The notes beneath the pieces were generated by a model. It ran no database searches. It was not told the origin of the DNA and was given only the letters and a program-made list of their open reading frames with translations. The position numbers and the translations under genes are program-made. Shown here piece by piece: positions 17,527 through 25,029 of a DNA stretch of 33,936 bases. The DNA comes from a virus. Lineage: Duplodnaviria > Caudoviricetes. The stretch is from positions 1-33,936 of the IMG/VR virus record IMGVR_UViG_3300014885_000008; one strand, given 5' to 3'. How positions within the stretch are numbered: the first letter of the stretch is position 1; every line of letters begins with the position of its first letter.

Positions 17527-17832
17527 ATGACAATGGAAGAACGTTTGAATGATGCAAGGGCAAAGCTTGCGCGTGCGGATGCACCTCGCATAGAAGCAAG
17601 CCGGCGCCTATCCCTAGTTGACCTAGACACTGGCGAAATTCACGCTATTGACTATCTGCAAACGATCGAAGCTTTGTTAATTGACGAACGATGCCGGGTT
17701 TTAATGGGGATTAAACCCGATAGCAAAGCACGATCGACTTGGAATAGGTCAATCCAAGCCATTGCCGATAGCTTTCCCGAGTACCAAGACAAAGCCCGTA
17801 TTTTGCAATTCTTACTTGAGGTAACAATATGA
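17527..17832 (+). CDS. Hypothetical early protein
   Basis: Start reassigned to ATG 17527; ATGA overlap with next gene. Confidence 0.6.
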   Translation: MTMEERLNDARAKLARADAPRIEASRRLSLVDLDTGEIHAIDYLQTIEALLIDERCRVLMGIKPDSKARSTWNRSIQAIADSFPEYQDKARILQFLLEVTI

Positions 17833-18014
17833 CCAAGGCAGATAAAAAACTGGTTTACGACCTAGGTCTGAAGGTTGAAAAGCTTGGCAGGGAATTGCTA
17901 GATATAGGCAGAACGCTATATAACATCAATCTTCGGGAGAATATCACAAAGGATATGGATAGACGGGAGAAACAGGCAAAAAATGAAAAAAACACTTTAC
18001 AGAATACACGTTGA
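17829..18014 (+). CDS. Hypothetical early coiled-coil protein
   Basis: GAGG RBS; coupled to upstream gene. Confidence 0.6.
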   Translation: MTKADKKLVYDLGLKVEKLGRELLDIGRTLYNINLRENITKDMDRREKQAKNEKNTLQNTR

Positions 18015-18261
18015 AAATGTTAAGAGTAAAGCTCGGGGAATTGAAAGCTTTGTCAATTCGCACCTATCCTGCTACTCTGTCATTCACGCAATTGGCGGAT
18101 GGAACAGCGTGCAAGAAGATTCACTAATAATCGAACATATCGGTGATGACACAAGCCGAGAAACCGTTGACAAGCTCGCGTTGCGTTTGCGTGTTTTCCT
18201 CGCGCAAGATTGTGTGATTGTAACAGAACAAACGATCGAATATCGCGAATTTACGAGGTAA
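17983..18261 (+). CDS. Putative SAM lyase (T3 gp0.3 SAMase-like, PII-like fold)
   Basis: G.W....E.S.IIE and LA.......QDCVIV match the G-x-aromatic...E and QDCVLV motifs recalled for T3 SAMase; early-operon position. Confidence 0.6.
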   Translation: MKKTLYRIHVENVKSKARGIESFVNSHLSCYSVIHAIGGWNSVQEDSLIIEHIGDDTSRETVDKLALRLRVFLAQDCVIVTEQTIEYREFTR

Positions 18262-18264
18262 ACC

Positions 18265-18942
18265 ACGCAAAAAAAACAACTAGAATTTACCACTATAATC
18301 AACGAAGCTTTCGCACAATATGAGCGAAAGATTGTCGCATTCATGGCGACTAATCGAGAAAAATATGAAGTTTTCGCCCGTGCTATTGCTCCTAACCTTG
18401 AATCCGATAGTGACATATATTCGCGCATTGCTTTCGCGATCTTATCGGCAAATTCCCCGTTTGATGATAGCGTCAAGGCGCTGGACGTCACGATCAAGCT
18501 ATACGAGAAGAGACAAGCCGTTAAGCCATCGGATATCATTTTTTATAAAATGGTACCTGCGAAAGCAAAATATTTAAACCGTCTAGGTCGCATGAATTTA
18601 CAAACTTTGCGGCGCCGGTATGGCGAAGACTGGCATGCATACCGATTGCGTTTAAGGTCTTCCGTTCTAGGGCTCGGCTTAGCAAAAGCAAGCTTTGCAG
18701 CGTGTCTATTATATCCGAGTACCGCAGACCTAGCTTGCGTTGACACTTGGATTCAAAAAGTCTTCCTAGGTCATACGGGTTTTAAAAATCTCGGGGTTTC
18801 TGATTATCTTCTAGTTGAATCGAAGATAAGGACCTATGCAAACTGTTTCAACGTCTCAACGTTCATTGCTCAATGGCTTATATGGGACCATGCGCGCGGC
18901 ACCTTTAATGCGCATGCAATTTTCCCCGGTACTCACAAGTAA
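18265..18942 (+). CDS. HhH DNA glycosylase/lyase (Ogg2-like); start probably ACG 18265, first ATG 18343
   Basis: FAILSAN, HhH VLGLGLAKASF with Lys, ACVDTW with Asp, Y...E and QWLIWD C-terminus. Confidence 0.75.
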   Translation, partial: TQKKQLEFTTIINEAFAQYERKIVAFMATNREKYEVFARAIAPNLESDSDIYSRIAFAILSANSPFDDSVKALDVTIKLYEKRQAVKPSDIIFYKMVPAKAKYLNRLGRMNLQTLRRRYGEDWHAYRLRLRSSVLGLGLAKASFAACLLYPSTADLACVDTWIQKVFLGHTGFKNLGVSDYLLVESKIRTYANCFNVSTFIAQWLIWDHARGTFNAHAIFPGTHK

Positions 18943-19025
18943 ACGCGGATTGAAGCTTTCGCCATCGGCTTAGGTCTAGTCGAATAACGGGCTCGGGTAA
19001 GCCGAGCTTTGAATTGAGGTATACC

Positions 19026-19133
19026 ATGCGACTTTTAATCGAAGCAATTTTAGAAGCTTTGACGGCATACAAGCTTGTCATCGAAAGAAACGATCGGCAC
19101 GGAAAAACCGAAATAAAACTACAGCGCAAGTAA
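19026..19133 (+). CDS. Small hypothetical protein (35 aa, not in ORF track)
   Basis: GAGGT RBS; MRLLIEAILEALTAYKLVIERNDRHGKTEIKLQRK. Confidence 0.55.
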   Translation: MRLLIEAILEALTAYKLVIERNDRHGKTEIKLQRK

Positions 19134-19208
19134 AGCGCTTAACGGTTTCTGTAGGGCTCTAATAAGCCGTGCTTTGATCTTAGATCTTAGCAGGGCTCGG
19201 GGGATTCT

Positions 19209-19424
19209 ATGCGACATAGCAACGCACGGCGCCGGCATAGGCGCTTGGGTCAATCTGATTTTAACATTGCGCGCAGGGCTTGCTTGAACGATATTAGAGA
19301 GCAAGGCGCAAAGCTCTCACATATTGCGCATGCATCGCGGTTTCCGCCTCCTAGGCCATGCACGGCAAACGATCTTACCTTTGAATCACGTTGCTTGAAT
19401 TGCGGATGGTGCGGCAGCGCTTGA
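19209..19424 (+). CDS. Hypothetical basic protein with C-terminal Cys cluster
   Basis: GGGGGA RBS; C...CLNCGWC. Confidence 0.5.
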   Translation: MRHSNARRRHRRLGQSDFNIARRACLNDIREQGAKLSHIAHASRFPPPRPCTANDLTFESRCLNCGWCGSA

Positions 19425-19449
19425 CAATGAATCAAATAATGATTATAGT
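19421..19449 (+). promoter_or_regulatory. sigma70-type promoter
   Basis: TTGACA-17 bp-TATAGT. Confidence 0.85.
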
Positions 19450-19497
19450 CAGTCAGTGAACGGGCGATACAATTTAACAGTCAAGGGGGATACTTTT

Positions 19498-20037
19498 ATG
19501 ATTGAAGTTTTAAAGGGCCACACAAGCCCTGAAACCGCCGTGGTAGTGGATGACTATCCTTACGGCTTTCGTCTTCGCTGTAAGATTCGCTACTGGTTAG
19601 AGTGTAATGAAAAACGGGGCTTTCGTTTTGTCAGTCAAACGACAAACCCTAAAAAAGGCTTCAATGGAATGTCAGGTCAACCATTTTGGAACAAGCCAAA
19701 GGCCAGCACCTATACCTTCGGACTCTGCGTCATGTTGCGCGATGACAGCAATGGGCACGTCACTTACTCGGGAATCCGTTTTGACAATTGCTCAGCGGCG
19801 GAGCTAGCGAGCTTCTTAGCTCGCCATCGTGACGCATTGCCAGCCATCGCGATCACCGCGGCGGAGCGTTACATTCGCGTGAAAACAGAATACGAGAAAC
19901 AAAAAGAGGCCGGCCTTGATTATCGCGTTGCAGCGCATGTTGCCGTGGTCAAAGAGGCCAAGGGCGAGCTAGTCAAGCAAGAAATTGACCCGACCTGCGT
20001 GTTGTGTGAATTCAACGAAGGTCCGCACGAACATTAA
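19498..20037 (+). CDS. Conserved-looking phage hypothetical protein
   Basis: Start reassigned to ATG 19498 (GGGGGA RBS); DYPYGFRLRC..RYWLE...QTTNPK...WNKPKASTY. Confidence 0.7.
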   Translation: MIEVLKGHTSPETAVVVDDYPYGFRLRCKIRYWLECNEKRGFRFVSQTTNPKKGFNGMSGQPFWNKPKASTYTFGLCVMLRDDSNGHVTYSGIRFDNCSAAELASFLARHRDALPAIAITAAERYIRVKTEYEKQKEAGLDYRVAAHVAVVKEAKGELVKQEIDPTCVLCEFNEGPHEH

Positions 20038-20050
20038 ACCGGGAGGTGTT

Positions 20051-20218
20051 ATGGAATCATCGGCAATCGAAGTGTTATTTATTTTGGCGGGCGAGCTACA
20101 ACAGCGGATATTTTATTCCGAGGTATCGGTGGAGGCCGACCACAACAGCGGAGAGCTATTCTTTAACGTAGGGGCTCAGCAATTCAAGGTGACAGTCAGT
20201 GCGGTCGAAAATGATTAG
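20051..20218 (+). CDS. Hypothetical protein
   Basis: GGAGG RBS before ATG 20051. Confidence 0.6.
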   Translation: MESSAIEVLFILAGELQQRIFYSEVSVEADHNSGELFFNVGAQQFKVTVSAVEND

Positions 20219-20459
20219 TTACCCGATCAACGCGGGCGATACTGTATCGCGGCTCAAGGTATTGATAATCGTACCTGTGGCATACTGGGCTCGGGCCGTG
20301 GTCAAGTGTCAGTGCGGGAAAATAAAACTGGTTCAAATCGCGCACCTGCTGCAAGGCCGGGTAAAGTCATGCGGGTGTCTGAGAAAGGAATATTATGGCC
20401 GAGGTAAACATAAACCCGTGCGTCAGGTGTCGCGAGTACGTCGCGCCGGGAAAAGCTAG
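20211..20459 (+). CDS. Stand-alone CxCG...SCGC Zn-binding module (as found N-terminal in HNH/AP2 homing endonucleases)
   Basis: KCQCGKIKLV....L..G.VKSCGCL; no nuclease domain follows. Confidence 0.6.
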   Translation: MISYPINAGDTVSRLKVLIIVPVAYWARAVVKCQCGKIKLVQIAHLLQGRVKSCGCLRKEYYGRGKHKPVRQVSRVRRAGKS

Positions 20460-20589
20460 TCACTGTCTCTGCGTGGAGCATGACCCAAAGGCCGGGTGGA
20501 TCTGGTGCTCGAAGGCATGCATGCTCTACAGTCACAAGGCGCCGAGGGCGGGGCAGCCAACAGCAGCCGGCAGCCCCAAGGAGAATTGA
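20395..20589 (+). CDS. Small Cys-rich hypothetical protein
   Basis: AAGGA RBS; CxxC...CS..C. Confidence 0.45.
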   Translation: MAEVNINPCVRCREYVAPGKASHCLCVEHDPKAGWIWCSKACMLYSHKAPRAGQPTAAGSPKEN

Positions 20590-20611
20590 TTGTGTTATAC
20601 TTCTTAGGTTA

Positions 20612-20800
20612 TATAATACTAGGGGCCGCTACCCTTGGGGCAGTTATAATACTTGGGGCCTTTATACTTGGGGCCGTATCCTAGGGGCCGTAAGGCCCCT
20701 AGGCAGCCTATGCGGGGGGAAGGATACTAGAACTAGGAGACATTAGATACAAGGGGCCGTATGATCTTCCTTCATTTCATTACGGAAGATCATCCCCTAG
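20612..20800. repeat. Array of (TATAAT)ACTWGGGGCC-like repeats with two perfect 10 bp hairpins
   Basis: Copies near 20612, 20630, 20645, 20662, 20677, 20747; CCTAGGGGCC-GTAA-GGCCCCTAGG at 20680-20703; ATGATCTTCC/GGAAGATCAT at 20761-20793. Confidence 0.85.
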
Positions 20801-20812
20801 GAGAAAGGAAAT

Positions 20813-21088
20813 ATGAAGATTGGCAATAAAGAAGTTTCGCAAAGTCAGTTGCGCGTCGCCGAGAAGAAGCGGCGGGCCTTGCTCCGCGCATTATCGCGCC
20901 TGCCAAGGTTACAAGGTGCGGCGCTCCGTCGCTGGCGCTCCGGCCGCCACGTCACACAAGCCGAGCTTGCAACGGCGCTAGGTGTATCGCGGCGCACGAT
21001 TTTGAGGTTTGAAGCGCAAGAACAGCTACCCGTGCTCATGGCGTTCTTTATCATCTACTCAGAAACAATTAAGGGAGGTTTGAAATGA
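20813..21088 (+). CDS. XRE-family HTH DNA-binding protein
   Basis: LRRWR....TQAELATALGVSRRTILRFE. Confidence 0.85.
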   Translation: MKIGNKEVSQSQLRVAEKKRRALLRALSRLPRLQGAALRRWRSGRHVTQAELATALGVSRRTILRFEAQEQLPVLMAFFIIYSETIKGGLK

Positions 21089-21375
21089 AACAGCGGCGTG
21101 TTCTTCCGTGGCACATTAAACCCGGTATGCGGGCGGCCTTTGGCGATCGTAATAGCGCGAGCTACAGCAATCGTTATCGGATTCTCACCGTGGTCAAAGT
21201 CAAGAAGGAACGAAGCGTGTTTACGTCCGGCTTTGTGTGGCGCGTGACGTTCGATAATGGCGAGGTGTGGCCGATGTTCGGCCAATCTGGGGGCCTCCAA
21301 GCGACGCGGATGAAATTGCTTGATGAGGAAAGAGACTGGCAACCTCCAAAAAATATAAGCAGGGAGAATCTATGA
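21085..21375 (+). CDS. Hypothetical protein
   Basis: GGAGG RBS, ATGA overlaps. Confidence 0.6.
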   Translation: MKQRRVLPWHIKPGMRAAFGDRNSASYSNRYRILTVVKVKKERSVFTSGFVWRVTFDNGEVWPMFGQSGGLQATRMKLLDEERDWQPPKNISRENL

Positions 21376-21590
21376 ACTGGGAAAAAGTCAGGCGTCATGT
21401 TGAAAACTACGGAAGTATGCTAGGCACTAAGGCGGCCCCGAGGGCCGCGGTAGAGGTGCAGCCGGCCCCGTGGGGGTGGGATCTTACGGCAGAAAGAACG
21501 ATCGACGGGCCAGCCGTTAAAAATTGGCCGCGGGATACGTGGTTCCAACAGCGTCGCAAGAAAGTCAGGGGTGATGACAATGGATATTAG
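21372..21590 (+). CDS. Hypothetical protein
   Basis: GGAG RBS, ATGA overlap. Confidence 0.55.
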   Translation: MNWEKVRRHVENYGSMLGTKAAPRAAVEVQPAPWGWDLTAERTIDGPAVKNWPRDTWFQQRRKKVRGDDNGY

Positions 21591-21960
21591 GGACGCGAGA
21601 CGAATAGCATCCGGCATTATAGCGCGAGGTGGTCAATTGACTTTACCTGTGGGTGTTGAGACAATGCCCGTGTCAGTGATGTTTTCGAATCGCATGGAGT
21701 TGCTAGCGCGTATCTCCGACGCAATCCAATATCCTCGCGACCCGGCGTGTCATGCCTGCAACGGATCGGGATGGGTCAATCAACACCCGTGGCGCGAGCT
21801 TCGACGCGGGGACACAATGGCAAAATGCAAAAGCTGCTGCTATCACGATCAAGGCGGCGCTCCATTAACTGAGGTGTTCGCGGGGTATCGGGAGGGGTTT
21901 GAAACAAGGGCGTGCTCAAGGTGCGGCGTGATCGTCGCGGAAAGGCAGATACTAGGATGA
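21571..21960 (+). CDS. Hypothetical Zn-finger protein
   Basis: CHACNGSG, CKSC, CSRCG motifs. Confidence 0.55.
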   Translation: MMTMDIRDARRIASGIIARGGQLTLPVGVETMPVSVMFSNRMELLARISDAIQYPRDPACHACNGSGWVNQHPWRELRRGDTMAKCKSCCYHDQGGAPLTEVFAGYREGFETRACSRCGVIVAERQILG

Positions 21961-22457
21961 GTCAACCATTAGGTATTCTTTGTTACTGTGGCAAGCCGAA
22001 CAACCTTACGGATTGCGTGTATCCGTCATGCGGGAAAACCAGTTTAAACCCGTTCGTGGACACACCGCGCGCCAAGGTTGACGTGTCGGCAGAGCGTTGC
22101 CGCAAGGTGCTCGCGGACGTGGTGGCAATCATAAACTGCGCCACGGACGAGGCCACGGATTCTATTAACGCAATGTATTTTCGTGATATCCTCGCCGCGC
22201 TCCGCGGCCCGGACGAAGCGGGGACGGCATCATTGAAAAATCAAACCACCGCGGTCATTCGACACAGGATCGGACTACGCTACGGGTCCGGGCTTGATAA
22301 TCGGCCCGGCTTTATGTTGTGCGTCAAGGAAAGATACAAGAAGACGATTGCAGCCGGCGACATTACACCCTTTCACTATCACTTTCTATCGCATGTGATG
22401 AGGGCCGCCATCGGAATCGAAAAGTTGGAGGTAAATAGTGAATCTGATCCTAGCTAG
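21957..22457 (+). CDS. Hypothetical protein
   Basis: Start reassigned to ATG 21957 (ATGA overlap); DILAALRGPD motif. Confidence 0.6.
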   Translation: MSQPLGILCYCGKPNNLTDCVYPSCGKTSLNPFVDTPRAKVDVSAERCRKVLADVVAIINCATDEATDSINAMYFRDILAALRGPDEAGTASLKNQTTAVIRHRIGLRYGSGLDNRPGFMLCVKERYKKTIAAGDITPFHYHFLSHVMRAAIGIEKLEVNSESDPS

Positions 22458-22740
22458 CCGGTTCCCGGCCTTCGTCACGGCATGCCGGATCTGCAAGCGG
22501 CGCCTGCAAAGCGATAGCGACGGTGGCGCGTGGGCAGAGTCCGATCAACCTAACTCGGGATGGATTTGTGGGAGGTGTCGTAATGTCCTTGAAAATGCAA
22601 AAAAAGAAGACGCGGCAAAATGTGCCGGCCCTAGATGTTCGCACCCTCGCGGCGTGCATAGCCTCGAAATGCCGTTCGAGTGTTACGGGGTCACGGAGGC
22701 CGGCGAGAGTTGCGAGTGTTCCGGCTTCCGATACGCCTAA
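22438..22740 (+). CDS. Cys/His-rich hypothetical protein
   Basis: GGAGG RBS; CxxC pairs and C.H....H......C.........C.C..F. Confidence 0.6.
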   Translation: MNLILASRFPAFVTACRICKRRLQSDSDGGAWAESDQPNSGWICGRCRNVLENAKKEDAAKCAGPRCSHPRGVHSLEMPFECYGVTEAGESCECSGFRYA

Positions 22741-22960
22741 CATAAATTTTGGGTGGGAGTCCTGCGACGTATTCGAGCGGGCCGTCCAACTCGTAGGCCA
22801 CCTCGCCGCCCTCATGGATTATTGCAACGGGCGGCTCGACAAGAACGTGTACGTGATCCACGAATACCGAGCGGCCCTTGCGCTCTTGGCCGAGATCACC
22901 GGCACTCGGGACCCGTTTCTTGTCAGTGTCAAGACACTGCGAAAGCTGGTGGAGAAATGA
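22583..22960 (+). CDS. Hypothetical protein (start uncertain, overlaps upstream gene)
   Basis: GGAGG 22571 before ATG 22583; this frame covers 22741-22956 with a helical product and ends in an ATGA overlap. Confidence 0.45.
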   Translation: MSLKMQKKKTRQNVPALDVRTLAACIASKCRSSVTGSRRPARVASVPASDTPNINFGWESCDVFERAVQLVGHLAALMDYCNGRLDKNVYVIHEYRAALALLAEITGTRDPFLVSVKTLRKLVEK

Positions 22961-23121
22961 ACAACGATCTTGAAAATCAGAAAGCCACGGCAATTCAACT
23001 TCTGTTGTCTTTCACGGTGATGGTTGATAATAAGGCGGACGTGATAAACAGAGTTCGCGAGATCACGAACGCGCGCAGCACCGTAGATATTGAAGAGATT
23101 ACAGGGAGGCCATTTAAATGA
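22957..23121 (+). CDS. Hypothetical protein
   Basis: ATGA overlaps at both ends; GGAG RBS. Confidence 0.55.
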   Translation: MNNDLENQKATAIQLLLSFTVMVDNKADVINRVREITNARSTVDIEEITGRPFK

Positions 23122-23894
23122 AAATTGCTGTAGCGTACGTACGACGAAGCAAAAAATCCGAGGCCGGCGTGGTGTCCCTGGACGCGCAGTGCGACGCGAT
23201 CTATGCCTACATAATGCGGAATGGCTGGAAGGTGGGCGGGATCATTCGCCACGATGGTATCAGCGGCACCAAGAGAGGAAGGTTTGATGAGATCCGAAAA
23301 ATGGTTGAAGATACTGGTGCAAGTGTTCTTGTGGTTTATAATCTTGATCGTCTTGCTCGGGACAGTGCGGGCCTTGTCGATTACCTTAGAGATTGCGCGA
23401 GAGGGGGAATCGAAGTCCATGAGTCCACCTCGGGACGACTCGATTTTAAACGATCACTTGGAAAACTTGTTGTGTCGGTGCGCGGTGCAATGGATCAATT
23501 TTACGCCGAGGTCATCGGAGAGAAAACCACTGATGCTTTGAAATTCCTGAAGGACGCAGGGCAGCAATACACGGGGATTCCACCACTCGGGTATCAATAC
23601 GTGGATGGAAAGATGGTGGCAGAACCCGAGGAGCAGCGAGCGTTGCAATTGATCGTTCACGCGAAGTCTCACGGGTTTGGCCGGCACCGGACCTTACGCC
23701 TGCTTCGAACCCACGGGTACACGGGCCGCGGAGGGCTATCCACGATCGACCGACTCTTGAGGCTTCCCACGGAGGCCCTAAAACAGGTCACGGACCCCGA
23801 AAATGCCCCCCAAAAAGATGAGGAAAATCAAGGGGTTTCGGAGGGCCAAAATGGCCGGATGGGCCAAGGGCCTCAACCAGGGGCCGCGCGTTGA
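23118..23894 (+). CDS. Serine recombinase (resolvase catalytic domain with short C-terminal domain)
   Basis: AYVRRS (catalytic Ser), SLDAQ, DGISG..R, VVYNLDRLARD, G..PLGY. Confidence 0.9.
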   Translation: MKIAVAYVRRSKKSEAGVVSLDAQCDAIYAYIMRNGWKVGGIIRHDGISGTKRGRFDEIRKMVEDTGASVLVVYNLDRLARDSAGLVDYLRDCARGGIEVHESTSGRLDFKRSLGKLVVSVRGAMDQFYAEVIGEKTTDALKFLKDAGQQYTGIPPLGYQYVDGKMVAEPEEQRALQLIVHAKSHGFGRHRTLRLLRTHGYTGRGGLSTIDRLLRLPTEALKQVTDPENAPQKDEENQGVSEGQNGRMGQGPQPGAAR

Positions 23895-23985
23895 TCCTGG
23901 GTCAAAAGAATCGTTTTGCCCGATTTGCGGAGAATAAGCTCCGCACATTACCAAAGCGTATATTCACAATTATACGCCTAACCGT

Positions 23986-24462
23986 ATGAAAGGATTGCAG
24001 AAATATATGTCAAAACCAACCAGCAGGGACGAAAAAGGGCGCTTTGCGGCCTCTTCAGATGAGGGGGTGCGTGATGACTACCCGATGAGAGCCACCAACC
24101 ACGTCACCGGGGCTCGGGAAGATGTGATCCTAATGGACCCTCATCACCTCGCGACTCACGAGGCGCTGACAATAGATTCAATGATTGAGTTGCGGACGGA
24201 TCTCCGTAGAGCCCTGTCACAATTTAACCGGGTTGAACAGCGTGTGATCCTGGCCGTGCTCGTTCAAGGTCAATCGGTCGAAACAGCAACAGCGCGACGG
24301 AAGAGAACAACGGCGTGGTGGTCTAACTGGCTCTATGGCGAAGCAATTCCAAAGCTCCGCGAGTCACTGGCCGACTATCAAGAAGTTTGCACCCGCGACA
24401 TTCGAAATGACAGCGGGAAAATTTACGGGGCGGAACTTTTCAAACAGGTGGTGTTGCAATGA
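23986..24462 (+). CDS. Sigma-70 region 4-like DNA-binding protein
   Basis: DLRRALSQF...EQRVI......GQSVETA...AIPKLRESL pattern. Confidence 0.55.
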   Translation: MKGLQKYMSKPTSRDEKGRFAASSDEGVRDDYPMRATNHVTGAREDVILMDPHHLATHEALTIDSMIELRTDLRRALSQFNRVEQRVILAVLVQGQSVETATARRKRTTAWWSNWLYGEAIPKLRESLADYQEVCTRDIRNDSGKIYGAELFKQVVLQ

Positions 24463-24857
24463 GAAAATTCACACAAACGTATGAAGCGATTGACGCGGCG
24501 TCGCTCATGACTGCCGATCGGGTAACGGCCCTCATCGACGAGGTTGAATGTGGCCGGCTAAAGTGGGCGGTTGCTGAGGTCCCGAATGTTATGCACGCAG
24601 GTAGCGTGGGCGTTCTGGTGCAGGCGGTTTTTACGGTGGCGGGTGTGGAGCACCGCGGACGCAAGTGGTATATCAGTCAGTACGCTTGCAATAGTGAGGT
24701 GGTGCAAACGCTTTTTAAAGCGGCACTCACGGTAGCGGAGCACGAACTGCGCGAGTCGTTTCTATACAAGGGCCGCGCGATTTACGGGCCGCATTTCGAC
24801 CTTGAAAAATTACACGCTCTTAGCGTTAGAGAAAATCTGGAGGTGCGCAATGGATAA
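24459..24857 (+). CDS. Conserved-looking phage hypothetical protein
   Basis: GRKWYIS...SEVVQT.FKA..T..EHE.RE.F.YKG.AIYGPHFD. Confidence 0.7.
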   Translation: MRKFTQTYEAIDAASLMTADRVTALIDEVECGRLKWAVAEVPNVMHAGSVGVLVQAVFTVAGVEHRGRKWYISQYACNSEVVQTLFKAALTVAEHELRESFLYKGRAIYGPHFDLEKLHALSVRENLEVRNG

Positions 24858-25029
24858 ATCCCTAAAGCTTATGGAACTACTTCGCCGGCTCCGCGATCCT
24901 CGCATGCCGCGGTTTGGTGGGCATGAATACAAAGGGCTTGGCGTCGGCATGGGCCGCTTCCTCCTGGGGCTCACGGCCTACGCGGAGCACCGGAATGGAA
25001 AAGTTTTGTTGAGCAACCGGGCGTTCTGA
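24850..25029 (+). CDS. Hypothetical protein
   Basis: GGAGG RBS before ATG 24850; TGATG coupling to primase. Confidence 0.5.
   Translation: MDKSLKLMELLRRLRDPRMPRFGGHEYKGLGVGMGRFLLGLTAYAEHRNGKVLLSNRAF

Noticed and set aside
20496-20684. ORF with ILGA peptide repeats
   Set aside because: Repeats are better explained at DNA level: inverted copies, hairpins and a copy beyond the stop codon; no good RBS
20612-20760. Possible mini-CRISPR array
   Set aside because: Units are 10-16 bp and nearly abutting with no spacer-length unique sequences; the Cas4-like gene is a common stand-alone phage nuclease
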